Assembly: GCA_028865725.1 (NCBI GenBank)
Contig: JAGWJP010000002.1
Span: 168,050-232,049 of the forward strand
DNA: 64,000 nt
DNA from: Patescibacteria group bacterium
GTDB taxonomy: Bacteria > Patescibacteriota > Minisyncoccia > UBA6257 > JACRHW01
Direction: 5' to 3'
Shown here: one piece after another, positions 31,587-40,462 of the stretch
Layout: every line of letters begins with the position of its first letter
How positions within the stretch are numbered: position 1 is the stretch's first letter
The notes under the pieces: model-generated
The model's database searches: none
What the model was told of the DNA's origin: nothing
Seen by the model: only the letters and a program-made list of their open reading frames with translations
Program-made: the position numbers and the translations under genes

Positions 31587-32213
31587 CTACCTCCGAAACA
31601 CCTTTTCCTTCACTCCATCAGGAGTAACAAGGTGCACTCGTATCTGCCCGCCTGTAGTAATATTTACTTTTGAAATGGACTGCATAATAGTGTGCATTAG
31701 CGCAATTGCCTCTCCCTCAGTATAGATCTTTCCTGCGTGCATCATTAATGCGACACAGGCCGACTCTGCTCCTATCCCTATTCCTGCATACCTTTCTTTT
31801 GTTCGTGAAAACACAAGATTCTTATCGGAAAACTGATAAAGGAAACATTTGTGATTGCGGGGGTCACATCCCGCAAGAAAAAACTCGATCTCTTTGTGAG
31901 AATGCTTTTTCAAAAATTCGCATACTCGCCTGACCTTTTTCGCAACAGAAAGATTCTTTTCTCGCACCTGCTTCATTTCCTCTTCACAACTCTCTACCAC
32001 TTCAATAAGCAAGGAAAGGTTCCCGGATATACCCAAAACAAGATGGGGATCAAGCATAAATACCTTCCGGTAAGATTCCGTGGTAATTTTATCTCCGGCA
32101 TTGATACGCCCGTCACTCCCCACAATCACTACAGGTACTTCTTTGGTGCCTGTCTGAAGCGTGGCGAGAAACCCTACGATCGCAGTCACTATGCTCATCC
32201 TTTCTTTGTGCAA
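31587..32213 (-). CDS. HslV/proteasome beta-like Ntn-hydrolase
   Basis: (M)TAIVGF...VVIVGSDGR...KVFML...LGISGNLS resembles the HslV N-terminus. An in-frame GTG at 32189 preceded by AAGGA would put Thr directly after the initiator, as in HslV. Confidence 0.6.
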   Translation of the reverse strand: MHKERMSIVTAIVGFLATLQTGTKEVPVVIVGSDGRINAGDKITTESYRKVFMLDPHLVLGISGNLSLLIEVVESCEEEMKQVREKNLSVAKKVRRVCEFLKKHSHKEIEFFLAGCDPRNHKCFLYQFSDKNLVFSRTKERYAGIGIGAESACVALMMHAGKIYTEGEAIALMHTIMQSISKVNITTGGQIRVHLVTPDGVKEKVFRR

Positions 32214-32317
32214 TGAACTAATTTCACCCTACCGCGAACAAAAAAAACGTGCAAATAGCCTTCTACGGGCTTACGCCCGGGTCTAATAAAAAAGAGGGGG
32301 ACTCCCTCTTAAAATAA

Positions 32318-33235
32318 TCAATCCCTTTCTTCCAATTCCAGTGCGTCCTGTTTCTGCGTATCATCTGCCGCGGCTTGTTTTTCCTTTTTCTTTTGCCTTT
32401 TCAATTTTCTTGCCGTCTTTTTTTCTTCTTCTTGCTGGCGCACGATTTCCGCAAGCGTTTCCTTCAACCCCGCGCGCAACATGTGCCATGGCCCATGCGT
32501 GCGGGCCGCAACCTCGGCATAGCGTTTCTCAAGCACCGCGTCGCGATCCAGTTGTACAATCTCAAGATAAATTTCATTTCCATACTTTTTTGCACACGCC
32601 GCGCCAAACCGAAGCATCAATTCAATGCTATTAACACGGGATAACGTGTGAAGATACTCTTCAAAACTCTCAAGCTGTGCACCGATCCACAACGACTCCC
32701 GAGGCGTACTCGCTTTTTCTGTTTTTCTGCTCCGCGATGGCGCCTTTGTTTCGGTGCGCACCAGCGGGCCGCTTATAAATCCGGAGGCGGGAATCGAAAT
32801 ACCAGTATGCGGCACCACCACGACCTCATCAGTAGATGGATCGCCCGTGATACGCACGAATACCATCGCCGCATCAATCTCCGGCCGCTTCGGATCTTTC
32901 AGGTGTGATGCAAGCAAGGATCCAATCTTTTCTCCCACGCCCAACGCATGGACATTTTCATATGATACCTCGAGTGCCTCACCTTTCGCGATCGCTGAAG
33001 CCGCTCTCTGCAGCTCGAACCCATCAGAGCCAAAACTAATCACAAAAATGCGATCCAGCACGCGCTTGATGCGTTGGCGATAATCATCGGAACATGCAAG
33101 CATCAAAATGCTTCCACCAAGATTCAATACTACGGCGGGATAGCTTTCCCGCACATCTCTTGCAGCGCGCCGCCTCTTTGCGTGCACGATATCTGTAAGC
33201 TTACGACACATGGAACGACACCTCCTGAGGCCCAA
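32318..33235 (-). CDS. Proteasome-like subunit lacking N-terminal Thr (alpha-like or inactive beta-like), with a charged C-terminal tail
   Basis: PAVVLNLGGSILMLACSDD and RPEIDAAMVFVRITGDPSTDEVVVV resemble the proteasome core-fold blocks (RP-x-G...G-x-D....DPSG); no Thr1; Lys/Glu-rich tail of about 50 aa; overlaps the upstream beta gene. Confidence 0.45.
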   Translation of the reverse strand: MGLRRCRSMCRKLTDIVHAKRRRAARDVRESYPAVVLNLGGSILMLACSDDYRQRIKRVLDRIFVISFGSDGFELQRAASAIAKGEALEVSYENVHALGVGEKIGSLLASHLKDPKRPEIDAAMVFVRITGDPSTDEVVVVPHTGISIPASGFISGPLVRTETKAPSRSRKTEKASTPRESLWIGAQLESFEEYLHTLSRVNSIELMLRFGAACAKKYGNEIYLEIVQLDRDAVLEKRYAEVAARTHGPWHMLRAGLKETLAEIVRQQEEEKKTARKLKRQKKKEKQAAADDTQKQDALELEERD

Positions 33236-33977
33236 GCGAGCTCATAATATAAGCGTGGCACGTTCCTCCGGATCCGGAATCAAACCGAAATGCCATATGA
33301 AAGAGGCGGGCCAAGCGCTGGTAAAGTTCTTTTAGGGTATAGTCTCTGCCTGCTTCTACCGCAAGAAGAGCTTCGATCGCTGAATAACCGCTTCCGGTAC
33401 CCCCGCAATCCCCCACATCGTGGATGTAGCCTCCTGGATAAAACTCAAAAATACGACACCGGCCCTTGTCTTCGTTGTCCTGTCCCTCATAGCCCGCGAG
33501 AAGAAAGTATATGGGAAGAAAAGGTACCTGTCTCATCATATTTTGAAGCATCGTGACCTTGCCGCGTAGGGAGAGCTTCTGGTCTGGTGTATCCGCCATA
33601 TCATCATAGTGAGCTACACTAAGACTATAGATCTTTCCCATCCGGTCTAGGGCAGATGCGAGACCAGCTCCACCAAGCACAAGGGTGCTATCAATCATAC
33701 GCATTTTTTTCGCTTCTTCCTCAACAATATGATGCCCTGCGGATGTTCTTCCATCAGATGCAATCACGACTGCGGGGAGCGTAATCATTGCGTCTTCCTT
33801 GCCTTCAGGATTGAGTTCCGTTTCCGGGACTTTCAATCCAAAACGCATCGCGATCACCGTCGTTCCTGTGGTAACCTGCCTCTGGTACAGACCATCGCCA
33901 GACGTCCGTGGCATGGCACGCACGGATTCTCCAAGCGCGGTAAGTGCTCGCTCGAAAAGATTTTCGACCAATGACAT
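33201..33977 (-). CDS. Proteasome beta subunit-like Ntn-hydrolase with N-terminal propeptide
   Basis: ...QVTTG|TTVIAMRFG (Gly-Thr processing site), AVVIASDGRTSAG (Asp17 region), EEEAKKMRMI (Lys33 region), GGTGSGYSAIEALLA and SGSGG blocks all align to archaeal/actinobacterial beta subunits. Confidence 0.7.
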   Translation of the reverse strand: MSLVENLFERALTALGESVRAMPRTSGDGLYQRQVTTGTTVIAMRFGLKVPETELNPEGKEDAMITLPAVVIASDGRTSAGHHIVEEEAKKMRMIDSTLVLGGAGLASALDRMGKIYSLSVAHYDDMADTPDQKLSLRGKVTMLQNMMRQVPFLPIYFLLAGYEGQDNEDKGRCRIFEFYPGGYIHDVGDCGGTGSGYSAIEALLAVEAGRDYTLKELYQRLARLFHMAFRFDSGSGGTCHAYIMSSLGPQEVSFHVS

Positions 33978-34087
33978 CGGCTTTTCCCCTTTGTTTTGTT
34001 TTCAAGTTACTTACGCTACCCTACCATAATATTTACAAAAACCGCAAGCGTTTATGCGGTTTTTTGATGCTTTGCTGGGACAAATAA

Positions 34088-34513
34088 TTAAAGACCGAGA
34101 AGAAGTTGATCAAGACTCAAAAATCCCCCTCCCTGCGTAACAAGAACAAGGCACGCGGCAAAAAGCAAGAGATCAAACTCATACCCCCCTATGAATCCAC
34201 TCTTCCGTTTCACGGTAACCATCGCAACCATCATCTCTATTGCAAAAAGCAGCGCAAAAAACTGAGAAAAAAGTCCGAAAAAGAGCGCGCCTCCGCCCAC
34301 CACCTCGAGAAGTGCAATCCCTGTCCCCCACAACCATCCTGGACGAAACCCCATCATCCCGAAATTTTCTTTTGTTTTGTGCAGATCGCTCAATTTGGGG
34401 AGTCCGTGCACCACGAAAATAATGCTGATTACAAGACGCAAAAGCGCGAGTGGGTACATGCGCACTAATCCTGCTATCATGAGATAATTTTTTATAAGTA
34501 GAAGGTTTGTCAT
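34088..34513 (-). CDS. DoxX-family small membrane protein
   Basis: 141 aa, four hydrophobic helices; ...FVVHGLPKL... typical of the DoxX family. Confidence 0.5.
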   Translation of the reverse strand: MTNLLLIKNYLMIAGLVRMYPLALLRLVISIIFVVHGLPKLSDLHKTKENFGMMGFRPGWLWGTGIALLEVVGGGALFFGLFSQFFALLFAIEMMVAMVTVKRKSGFIGGYEFDLLLFAACLVLVTQGGGFLSLDQLLLGL

Positions 34514-34572
34514 AAGTATGCTACAAATAATTATTCTTTAAATTAGCTTATTTCCATTGTGAGTATACCATT

Positions 34573-35271
34573 ATGAAGCCCTCAGCACCAACTCTCGTTT
34601 ACGAAGACGACGACATGCTGATCGTCAATAAACCGTTCGGCCTCCTGATCCATCAATCGCCACATTCCCATGAATCGACACTCGTTGATTGGCTTCTTTC
34701 GATACATCCTTCCATCCGCAGTGTAGGAGAAGATCCGGATCGTCCGGGTATCGTGCACCGCCTTGATCGCGACACAGGCGGTCTTGTAGTAATTGCAAAA
34801 AACCAACACGCATTCGAGTACCTTAAACGCCTCTTTGCCACGCGCCAAATTACCAAACACTATCTTGCCCTCGTTTTCGGCAACATTAAACAAGATTATG
34901 GTAGTATCAATAAACCCATAGGCCTTGCGCGGGGAGTAGCAAAACGCACTACGCACACGCAGAAAAAAACGCGAGAAGCTATTACCGAATACCGCGTACG
35001 CGCACGCTACTCTCACGCGAATATGACGCTTGTAGAACTCTCTCCAAAAACCGGACGCACACACCAGCTCCGTGTGCATATGGCAGCGATAGGCACTCCG
35101 ATTGTAGGCGACAGGCTTTACGGAAGAACGCACGCAATGTTACCTTTTCCGCTCTCACACCAATTCCTCTTTGCTTGCTCGATCGATATTCCAAAAAAAA
35201 ATGGAGAGGTTCTCCACGTTGAAATTCCTCTTCCCAATGAGTTGAAAATGATTCTTGAATCCTTATCCTAA
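34573..35271 (+). CDS. RluA-family pseudouridine synthase
   Basis: Catalytic HRLDRDTGGLVVIAKN motif. Confidence 0.8.
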   Translation: MKPSAPTLVYEDDDMLIVNKPFGLLIHQSPHSHESTLVDWLLSIHPSIRSVGEDPDRPGIVHRLDRDTGGLVVIAKNQHAFEYLKRLFATRQITKHYLALVFGNIKQDYGSINKPIGLARGVAKRTTHTQKKTREAITEYRVRARYSHANMTLVELSPKTGRTHQLRVHMAAIGTPIVGDRLYGRTHAMLPFPLSHQFLFACSIDIPKKNGEVLHVEIPLPNELKMILESLS

Positions 35272-35342
35272 CTAGCCAGGCTTGACTCAAAAAAAACAAC
35301 AGAGTAGCTTGTGAGAGGGGTATAGTTTAGGAGAAGGTAGAC

Positions 35343-35528
35343 ATGTCTTCACGAGCATGGATTTTGCTTTTGCTATGTTTTGCGGTAGTAACGCTTGTAC
35401 TTTATCTGGCTGGCCAAGGTCTTCGGGCCCTTGCAGTAGTAATGGTGCTCCTCACACATGCCTGGATTCTCATTCCTGTACTAGTGCTTGCCTTAGCAAT
35501 AAACGTACTGGTGAGTCTTCGAAGGTAA
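35343..35528 (+). CDS. Small hydrophobic protein (61 aa)
   Basis: Two predicted TM helices; low confidence that it is expressed. Confidence 0.3.
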   Translation: MSSRAWILLLLCFAVVTLVLYLAGQGLRALAVVMVLLTHAWILIPVLVLALAINVLVSLRR

Positions 35529-35594
35529 TAACGCTCTAAAAAGGAATCGAAGAAAAACAAAATCCCCGCTCGATGGGGATTTATTTATTTTATT

Positions 35595-35840
35595 TTATTG
35601 TGCGGTCTGAGACGGCAAGGTGTCTGGTGGAAGAGTAATCACCTCATCTCCACGCTTTAACTGTAAAACATATCCTTCCCTCATTTTTGTCAAGATGAAA
35701 TGGAGAAAATTAATCGCAAGGCAGATAACATACGACTCATCTTTCTTCGCTACCTTCACTAATTCCTTCAATAAATTCGCGACACCACTCGAAAAATTAA
35801 GGACAATTTTTACAAATCCGGAACTAGACTGTTCTGACAT
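35595..35840 (-). CDS. Small hypothetical protein (81 aa)
   Basis: ORF followed by a terminator-like context; no motif. Confidence 0.3.
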   Translation of the reverse strand: MSEQSSSGFVKIVLNFSSGVANLLKELVKVAKKDESYVICLAINFLHFILTKMREGYVLQLKRGDEVITLPPDTLPSQTAQ

Positions 35841-35981
35841 TTGTTTTTCTCCTTAATGGCGACAGGATCTAATGCTTATTTACCCCAAAAAAAAGAAAAG
35901 TGTCAACTCACATAGCCTTGCGAAAAAGCAGAGAATGTTATACAATCTTTGATAAGTCATTTTAGAACGTCCTGATTATAT

Positions 35982-36332
35982 ATGAACAAACTACAACAGT
36001 TTACTGCCGCACAAGTCACGCACACCCTTCCTGATCTTAAGCCGGGCATGCGCGTACGCGTTTCAGAAAAAATTAAGGAAAAAGATAAGGAACGCAAACA
36101 AGCGTTCACGGGAATTATTATCGCGATCAAGCACGGCAAATCCGCGGGTGCCGCATTTACCGTCCGCGCCATAGTGGACGGCGTGGGGGTAGAAAAAGTA
36201 TATCCGTTCAACTGCCCATCTCTCATGGGGGTAGAAATACTCGGCACGTCAGAGGTACGGCGCGCAAAGCTCTACTTCCTCCGCAAGCTTTCGAAAAAGA
36301 AAAGCCGTGAAAAAATCGGTACCACCGCATAA
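35982..36332 (+). CDS. rplS: 50S ribosomal protein L19
   Basis: PGMRVRVSEKIKEKDKERKQAFTGIIIA matches the L19 signature (G-D-x-V-x-V-x-x-K-I-x-E-G-x-K-E-R-x-Q-x-F-x-G). Confidence 0.85.
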   Translation: MNKLQQFTAAQVTHTLPDLKPGMRVRVSEKIKEKDKERKQAFTGIIIAIKHGKSAGAAFTVRAIVDGVGVEKVYPFNCPSLMGVEILGTSEVRRAKLYFLRKLSKKKSREKIGTTA

Positions 36333-36341
36333 AGAAGAGTA

Positions 36342-36373
36342 GAGTAAAAAGTCCCATAAGGGGCTTTTTACTC
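36342..36373 (+). terminator. Rho-independent terminator after rplS
   Basis: GAGTAAAAAGTCCC-ataa-GGGGCTTTTTACTC hairpin with an embedded T-run. Confidence 0.5.
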
Positions 36374-36427
36374 TACGTGTGCTCTTGAAAAAAGAAACGA
36401 TTGACGCTACGATAACAAATATCAAAT

Positions 36428-36514
36428 GCCCAGGTGGTGAAATTGGTATACACGTATCCTTGAGGTGGATATGCCCGTAAGGGTGTGGAGGTTCGAGTCC
36501 TCTCCTGGGCACCA
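36428..36514 (+). tRNA. tRNA-Leu (anticodon GAG), CCA encoded
   Basis: Acceptor GCCCAGG/CCTGGGC; anticodon arm TATCC-TTGAGGT-GGATA; long variable arm; T arm GGAGG-TTCGAGT-CCTCT; ends ACCA. Confidence 0.85.
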
Positions 36515-36664
36515 AGACAAAACTTTTCGCAACAACACCAATTTTTTGTACACCTCATGCAACGCATGGAGGTAGTTTGATGTAGTATATTGGATTTGAA
36601 AAATCAAAAAGACGCTAAAGAATTTGAAAAAACGAGTGAAATCCCCTATGATAAACGCATCATG

Positions 36665-36752
36665 CGCCGCCGTGGTGGAATTGGTAGACACGACAGACTT
36701 AAGATCTGTTGCCCTCCAAGGCGTGTCGGTTCGAGTCCGACCGGCGGTACCA
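36665..36752 (+). tRNA. tRNA-Leu (anticodon TAA), CCA encoded
   Basis: Acceptor GCCGCCG/CGGCGGT; anticodon arm ACAGA-CTTAAGA-TCTGT; long variable arm; T arm GTCGG-TTCGAGT-CCGAC; ends ACCA. Confidence 0.85.
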
Positions 36753-36769
36753 AGTTAAATCTCACTCTT

Positions 36770-37618
36770 ATGGAATTCTTAAGGAGCATTTTTAACGGGC
36801 CGATACAAAAACCAAAAGAACCAACCACGGAAGAAGCAAAAAAGATTGAATCTACTCGAAGAGATTCACCAGAAGAAACAAAAGCTCTTCGTGAAGAAAC
36901 ACAAGCAGAAACGTTATTGCGCTTACGAGATAAAATAAGCCTACGTAAATTTAAAGGAGGTGGTGCAAATGCAACCTTTGCGGTAACGCTCAAAGATGAT
37001 GGCTTAGGAATCTTTAAACCAAAAAGTGGGGAAAACAAAAACCTTCGTGACAACGTACAAGCAGGTACCTACTTCAAACGTGCGCGTGCCGCATATCTTG
37101 TGGATAAGTGTTTGGGATTTGGGATTGTTCCCCCTGTCTCTATTCGAGAAATTGATGGCGAAATTGGTAGTATTCAACAATTCATTGAGAATGCATCGAC
37201 CTATACAGAACTCTCCTTTGCTGATCGCGGTGAACTACGTTCCACGCATTATGATCAACTCATAGCATTGTGGCTTTTTGACATTATTATTTTCAACTCC
37301 GACCGAAGCCCCAGAAACCTCCTCGTTTCGAAAAATGGCATTCATGCGATCGACAATGATTTAAGTTTTGGAAATGATTCCTTACGCCATCAAATCGGAT
37401 ACTATTATAATGCAAAAATTCCATCTCATCTTATTCAAAAATTAGAACGTTTTACTTCTTCTGAAACCCGAAAACAAAGCTTAAGAGCTCTCCTTCTCGA
37501 ACTCCTTCCTGAAAAAGAAGTCAATGCATGTATATCCCGCATTGAACGCGTCGCGCGCCTTGTGCAAGCGGGAACTATTACGAAACAATTGAAAGATATC
37601 TTAACCCAATATGAGTAA
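36770..37618 (+). CDS. Atypical protein-kinase-like (PKL-fold) protein
   Basis: Gly-rich loop GGGANATFAV, GIFKPK (VAIK-like Lys), catalytic-loop-like FNSDRSPRNLLV (D-x4-N as in HRDLKPEN), IDNDLSFG (DFG-like). The track ORF start overlaps tRNA-Leu; the Met at 36770 is the likely start. Confidence 0.5.
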   Translation: MEFLRSIFNGPIQKPKEPTTEEAKKIESTRRDSPEETKALREETQAETLLRLRDKISLRKFKGGGANATFAVTLKDDGLGIFKPKSGENKNLRDNVQAGTYFKRARAAYLVDKCLGFGIVPPVSIREIDGEIGSIQQFIENASTYTELSFADRGELRSTHYDQLIALWLFDIIIFNSDRSPRNLLVSKNGIHAIDNDLSFGNDSLRHQIGYYYNAKIPSHLIQKLERFTSSETRKQSLRALLLELLPEKEVNACISRIERVARLVQAGTITKQLKDILTQYE

Positions 37619-37898
37619 CAAAAACATTATGAAACACGCAACCATCTATAAACTCAAAGACGACGGTACCCAAACAATACTTGCCACGTGCGTGCTAAAA
37701 AATGGTGTCGTTATCTGCACAGGAAACGACATCTTTGTAAAAAACCTCGAAGAAGAGGGTATTCGAGATTACTTGAGTGAAAATTCCAATGCCACACTCT
37801 TTCCAAAAGATGGCGAGCTCTTCATTGAACAACTTCCCAACAATTTTCGCTCTGGCTATCTCATGGCAGAAATAGAAGAGGAGGGAGAAGAAAAATAA
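37611..37898 (+). CDS. Small hypothetical protein (95 aa)
   Basis: Overlaps the upstream gene's stop by 8 nt; acidic C-terminus; no motif. Confidence 0.35.
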   Translation: MSNKNIMKHATIYKLKDDGTQTILATCVLKNGVVICTGNDIFVKNLEEEGIRDYLSENSNATLFPKDGELFIEQLPNNFRSGYLMAEIEEEGEEK

Positions 37899-37908
37899 CT
37901 TAGGATGT

Positions 37909-39270
37909 ATGGCAAAACCTTTCCAGGGCAAATCAATAGCAATCCTTGGCTTTGGGAGAGAAGGAAAAGCGTTATTTCAATATTTAAAAAAAACAGGAAC
38001 TCCCTTTTCCTGTATTACGATCTGCGATCAAAATCCTATCGAGAGCGTACGCTGCGCCACACATACTGGCGCGTCTTACCTTGCAGGACTCGAACAGTTT
38101 GACGTGATATTCAAAAGCCCCGGTATTCCTACTAAACTTCCGGAAATTAAACGTGCGTTGCGCAAAGGAATAACACTTAGCTCACCCACCAATCTCTTTT
38201 TTGATCTTTGTAAGGGTACCATCGTCGGTGTGACCGGTACTAAAGGAAAAGGTACTACCGCCACCATGCTCTGCTCTATTCTTAAGGCCGCCCACAAAAG
38301 AGTGCATCTTGTGGGGAATATGGGAAAACCGGCGCTTTCATGCTTACCCGTCATCAAAAAAGAAGATATCGTGATAATGGAGCTCTCAAGTTTTCAATTA
38401 CAACATCTCCGCATTTCCCCCCATATCGCAATCGTACTTGATATCACCACAGATCATCTCGATCACCATAAAACAGTACGCGAATACCGTCTTGCAAAGT
38501 CACACATCGTCGCACACCAAACCACTCGCGATATTGCGGTGCTTGATGCCCAAAGCCCAGTCGCGCGGACATTCGCCCGGCACACACCGGCACAGATTGT
38601 TTTCTTCGGGAAAGCAAAAACCCGCGGTACTCTCCCCCGAGGAGTATGGATCGATGGCAACGAAATAATCTCTATCACACGAGGACAAAGATCTCCTCTT
38701 CTCGCCACCTCCTCGCTTCGAGTACCGGGGATTCATAACGCACGAAATGCTGCCGCCGCTATTGCCGCTGCGCGTGCGCTCCTCATAAGCCCGTCCGCGA
38801 TACAAAAAGGAATCCAATCCTTTCGCGGTAATGCACACCGCCTTGAGTTTGTGGCAGAAAAAAAGGGGGTCCGTTTTTATAACGACTCTGCGGGCACTAA
38901 CCCCGATGCAACAATCGCAGCCCTTCGCGCATTCCGAGAACCCAAACTATTGATTGTGGGAGGGCGCAACAAAGGATTCTCGTATGACGCGCTCGCAAAA
39001 GAACTCACTGCACAACATATGCGCGGTGTGGTACTTCTTGGAGAAACTGCTCCCCTCCTTTACAACACGATTAAAAAAATAGCGCCGAAGAAGTTTCTCC
39101 CGTGCGTTATTCGCGCTGCCACATTACCCGAAGCAGTGGAAAAAGCATCGGCGCTTTCAGTCCCCGGTGACGTAGTAGTGTACTCCCCTGCCGCAACCAG
39201 CTTTGATATGTTCCACAACTACGAAGAACGGGGCACGATCTTCAAAAACCTCATCCGCATGCTATCATAA
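37909..39270 (+). CDS. murD: UDP-N-acetylmuramoylalanine--D-glutamate ligase
   Basis: N-terminal KSIAILGFGREGKA (MurD Rossmann domain) and Mur ligase P-loop GVTGTKGKGTTATM. Confidence 0.85.
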   Translation: MAKPFQGKSIAILGFGREGKALFQYLKKTGTPFSCITICDQNPIESVRCATHTGASYLAGLEQFDVIFKSPGIPTKLPEIKRALRKGITLSSPTNLFFDLCKGTIVGVTGTKGKGTTATMLCSILKAAHKRVHLVGNMGKPALSCLPVIKKEDIVIMELSSFQLQHLRISPHIAIVLDITTDHLDHHKTVREYRLAKSHIVAHQTTRDIAVLDAQSPVARTFARHTPAQIVFFGKAKTRGTLPRGVWIDGNEIISITRGQRSPLLATSSLRVPGIHNARNAAAAIAAARALLISPSAIQKGIQSFRGNAHRLEFVAEKKGVRFYNDSAGTNPDATIAALRAFREPKLLIVGGRNKGFSYDALAKELTAQHMRGVVLLGETAPLLYNTIKKIAPKKFLPCVIRAATLPEAVEKASALSVPGDVVVYSPAATSFDMFHNYEERGTIFKNLIRMLS

Positions 39271-39307
39271 AAAAACTACGCATTGCGTAGCTTTTTGTTT
39301 GTTGCCC

Positions 39308-39568
39308 TTATCCTTGTGCGCCGATAACATTGCCGCCCTCAATAACAACAGTCATCACTCGACCTAATTCACGATGCTTGATACGCACCAAGATCGTGGT
39401 GTTCTCATCCACAACGTCGGGAATCCCGCTCTCATCCGCGATCACCCATCCGGGATGAACGCGATCCACAATTTTCTGAATCTTTACTGCATTTCCTTGG
39501 GACACAGCGCATGCACCTCCTTTCTGTGCGAATCCTCCCGGTACCTTTGAACGAAGAACAATCAACAA
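39308..39568 (-). CDS. Small hypothetical protein (86 aa)
   Basis: ORF only; no confident family. Confidence 0.3.
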   Translation of the reverse strand: MLIVLRSKVPGGFAQKGGACAVSQGNAVKIQKIVDRVHPGWVIADESGIPDVVDENTTILVRIKHRELGRVMTVVIEGGNVIGAQG

Positions 39569-39673
39569 TGACCCGAGTGTCCTAGTTGGGGGGTGCGGAG
39601 AGGAATTCGGATAGTGTCATGACTTTAGCAACACACACACTTTGTCAAGAAAAAAACCGCCACAAGAGGCGGA

Positions 39674-39913
39674 TTAAGGATGTTTTTTGTGCGATCCATG
39701 ATCGCGACACGCGGAAAGCAATTCAGAAAATGCCTTGGCTTCTCTATCAAATTCCTCTTCAACCGCAGCCTTACACAACGCACAAGACTTGAGATGTGCT
39801 TCATATAACTTGTCTTTCCCCGTTTTCACAAAATGCAGAAATGTGTTGTAGAAATCAGGAGAGCACGGTTTGTGTATAAGCGTGGAAATTAGATTCATCG
39901 ACTTAAGTCTCAT
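39674..39913 (-). CDS. Small Cys-rich protein with an HxxxCxxC (anti-sigma ZAS-like) motif; start uncertain
   Basis: AHLKSCALCKAAVEE fits H-x3-C-x2-C. The track ORF 39674..40057 overlaps the L,D-transpeptidase, so the internal Met at about 39913 is more plausible. Confidence 0.25.
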   Translation of the reverse strand: MRLKSMNLISTLIHKPCSPDFYNTFLHFVKTGKDKLYEAHLKSCALCKAAVEEEFDREAKAFSELLSACRDHGSHKKHP

Positions 39914-40362
39914 CGGATGTGCACCAGCGTACCCACAGGTACACGATAAAACAGCCACTTCGCATCCTGATAGTGCAGGCGTACGCATCCATGAGAAGCA
40001 GGATGATTCGGCACTGACGTGGAAGCATGAATACCATATCCTGCGGGAAGAAACCACAAAGTAAAGGGCATGGGAGTATTACCGTATTTGTAAGATACTG
40101 CGTGACGTTCCTTTGCATAAACCTTGAAGTCACCTTTTGGAGTACGGTGACCCGATTTCCCTGTTGAACAGTGGAATGAGCGCGCAAGATTCTTACTATG
40201 ATACGTTAGCGTCTGTGCGGCAAGATTGATCTCAATCTGTACATCATTCTTCTTTGGAGTGTCAGCAGACGCAAGATTCGTCCCGTATGCCGCGAAAAGA
40301 ATCGCGAGGCACCACAGCATCACTCTGGTTCGCATAAAAAGATCCTCCCTCTTGTTGTTCAA
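39910..40362 (-). CDS. L,D-transpeptidase (YkuD domain), secreted
   Basis: Signal peptide; catalytic SHGCVRL motif. Confidence 0.75.
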   Translation of the reverse strand: MNNKREDLFMRTRVMLWCLAILFAAYGTNLASADTPKKNDVQIEINLAAQTLTYHSKNLARSFHCSTGKSGHRTPKGDFKVYAKERHAVSYKYGNTPMPFTLWFLPAGYGIHASTSVPNHPASHGCVRLHYQDAKWLFYRVPVGTLVHIR

Positions 40363-40462
40363 AGAGCTTTTTTCACTCTACACGAAAAGCGATTCTTTGT
40401 ATAGAGCAACATCTTCGATAATAAAAAACCACCCCGTAAGTCACAGGGTGGTCTTTTGTTGC

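Noticed and set aside
36249-37053. Minus-strand ORFs 36249..36515, 36373..36567, 36422..36691, 36646..37053 and the 5' part of 36590..37618
   Set aside because: They overlap the two tRNA-Leu genes or run antisense to the kinase-like gene; the kinase-like CDS more plausibly starts at 36770.
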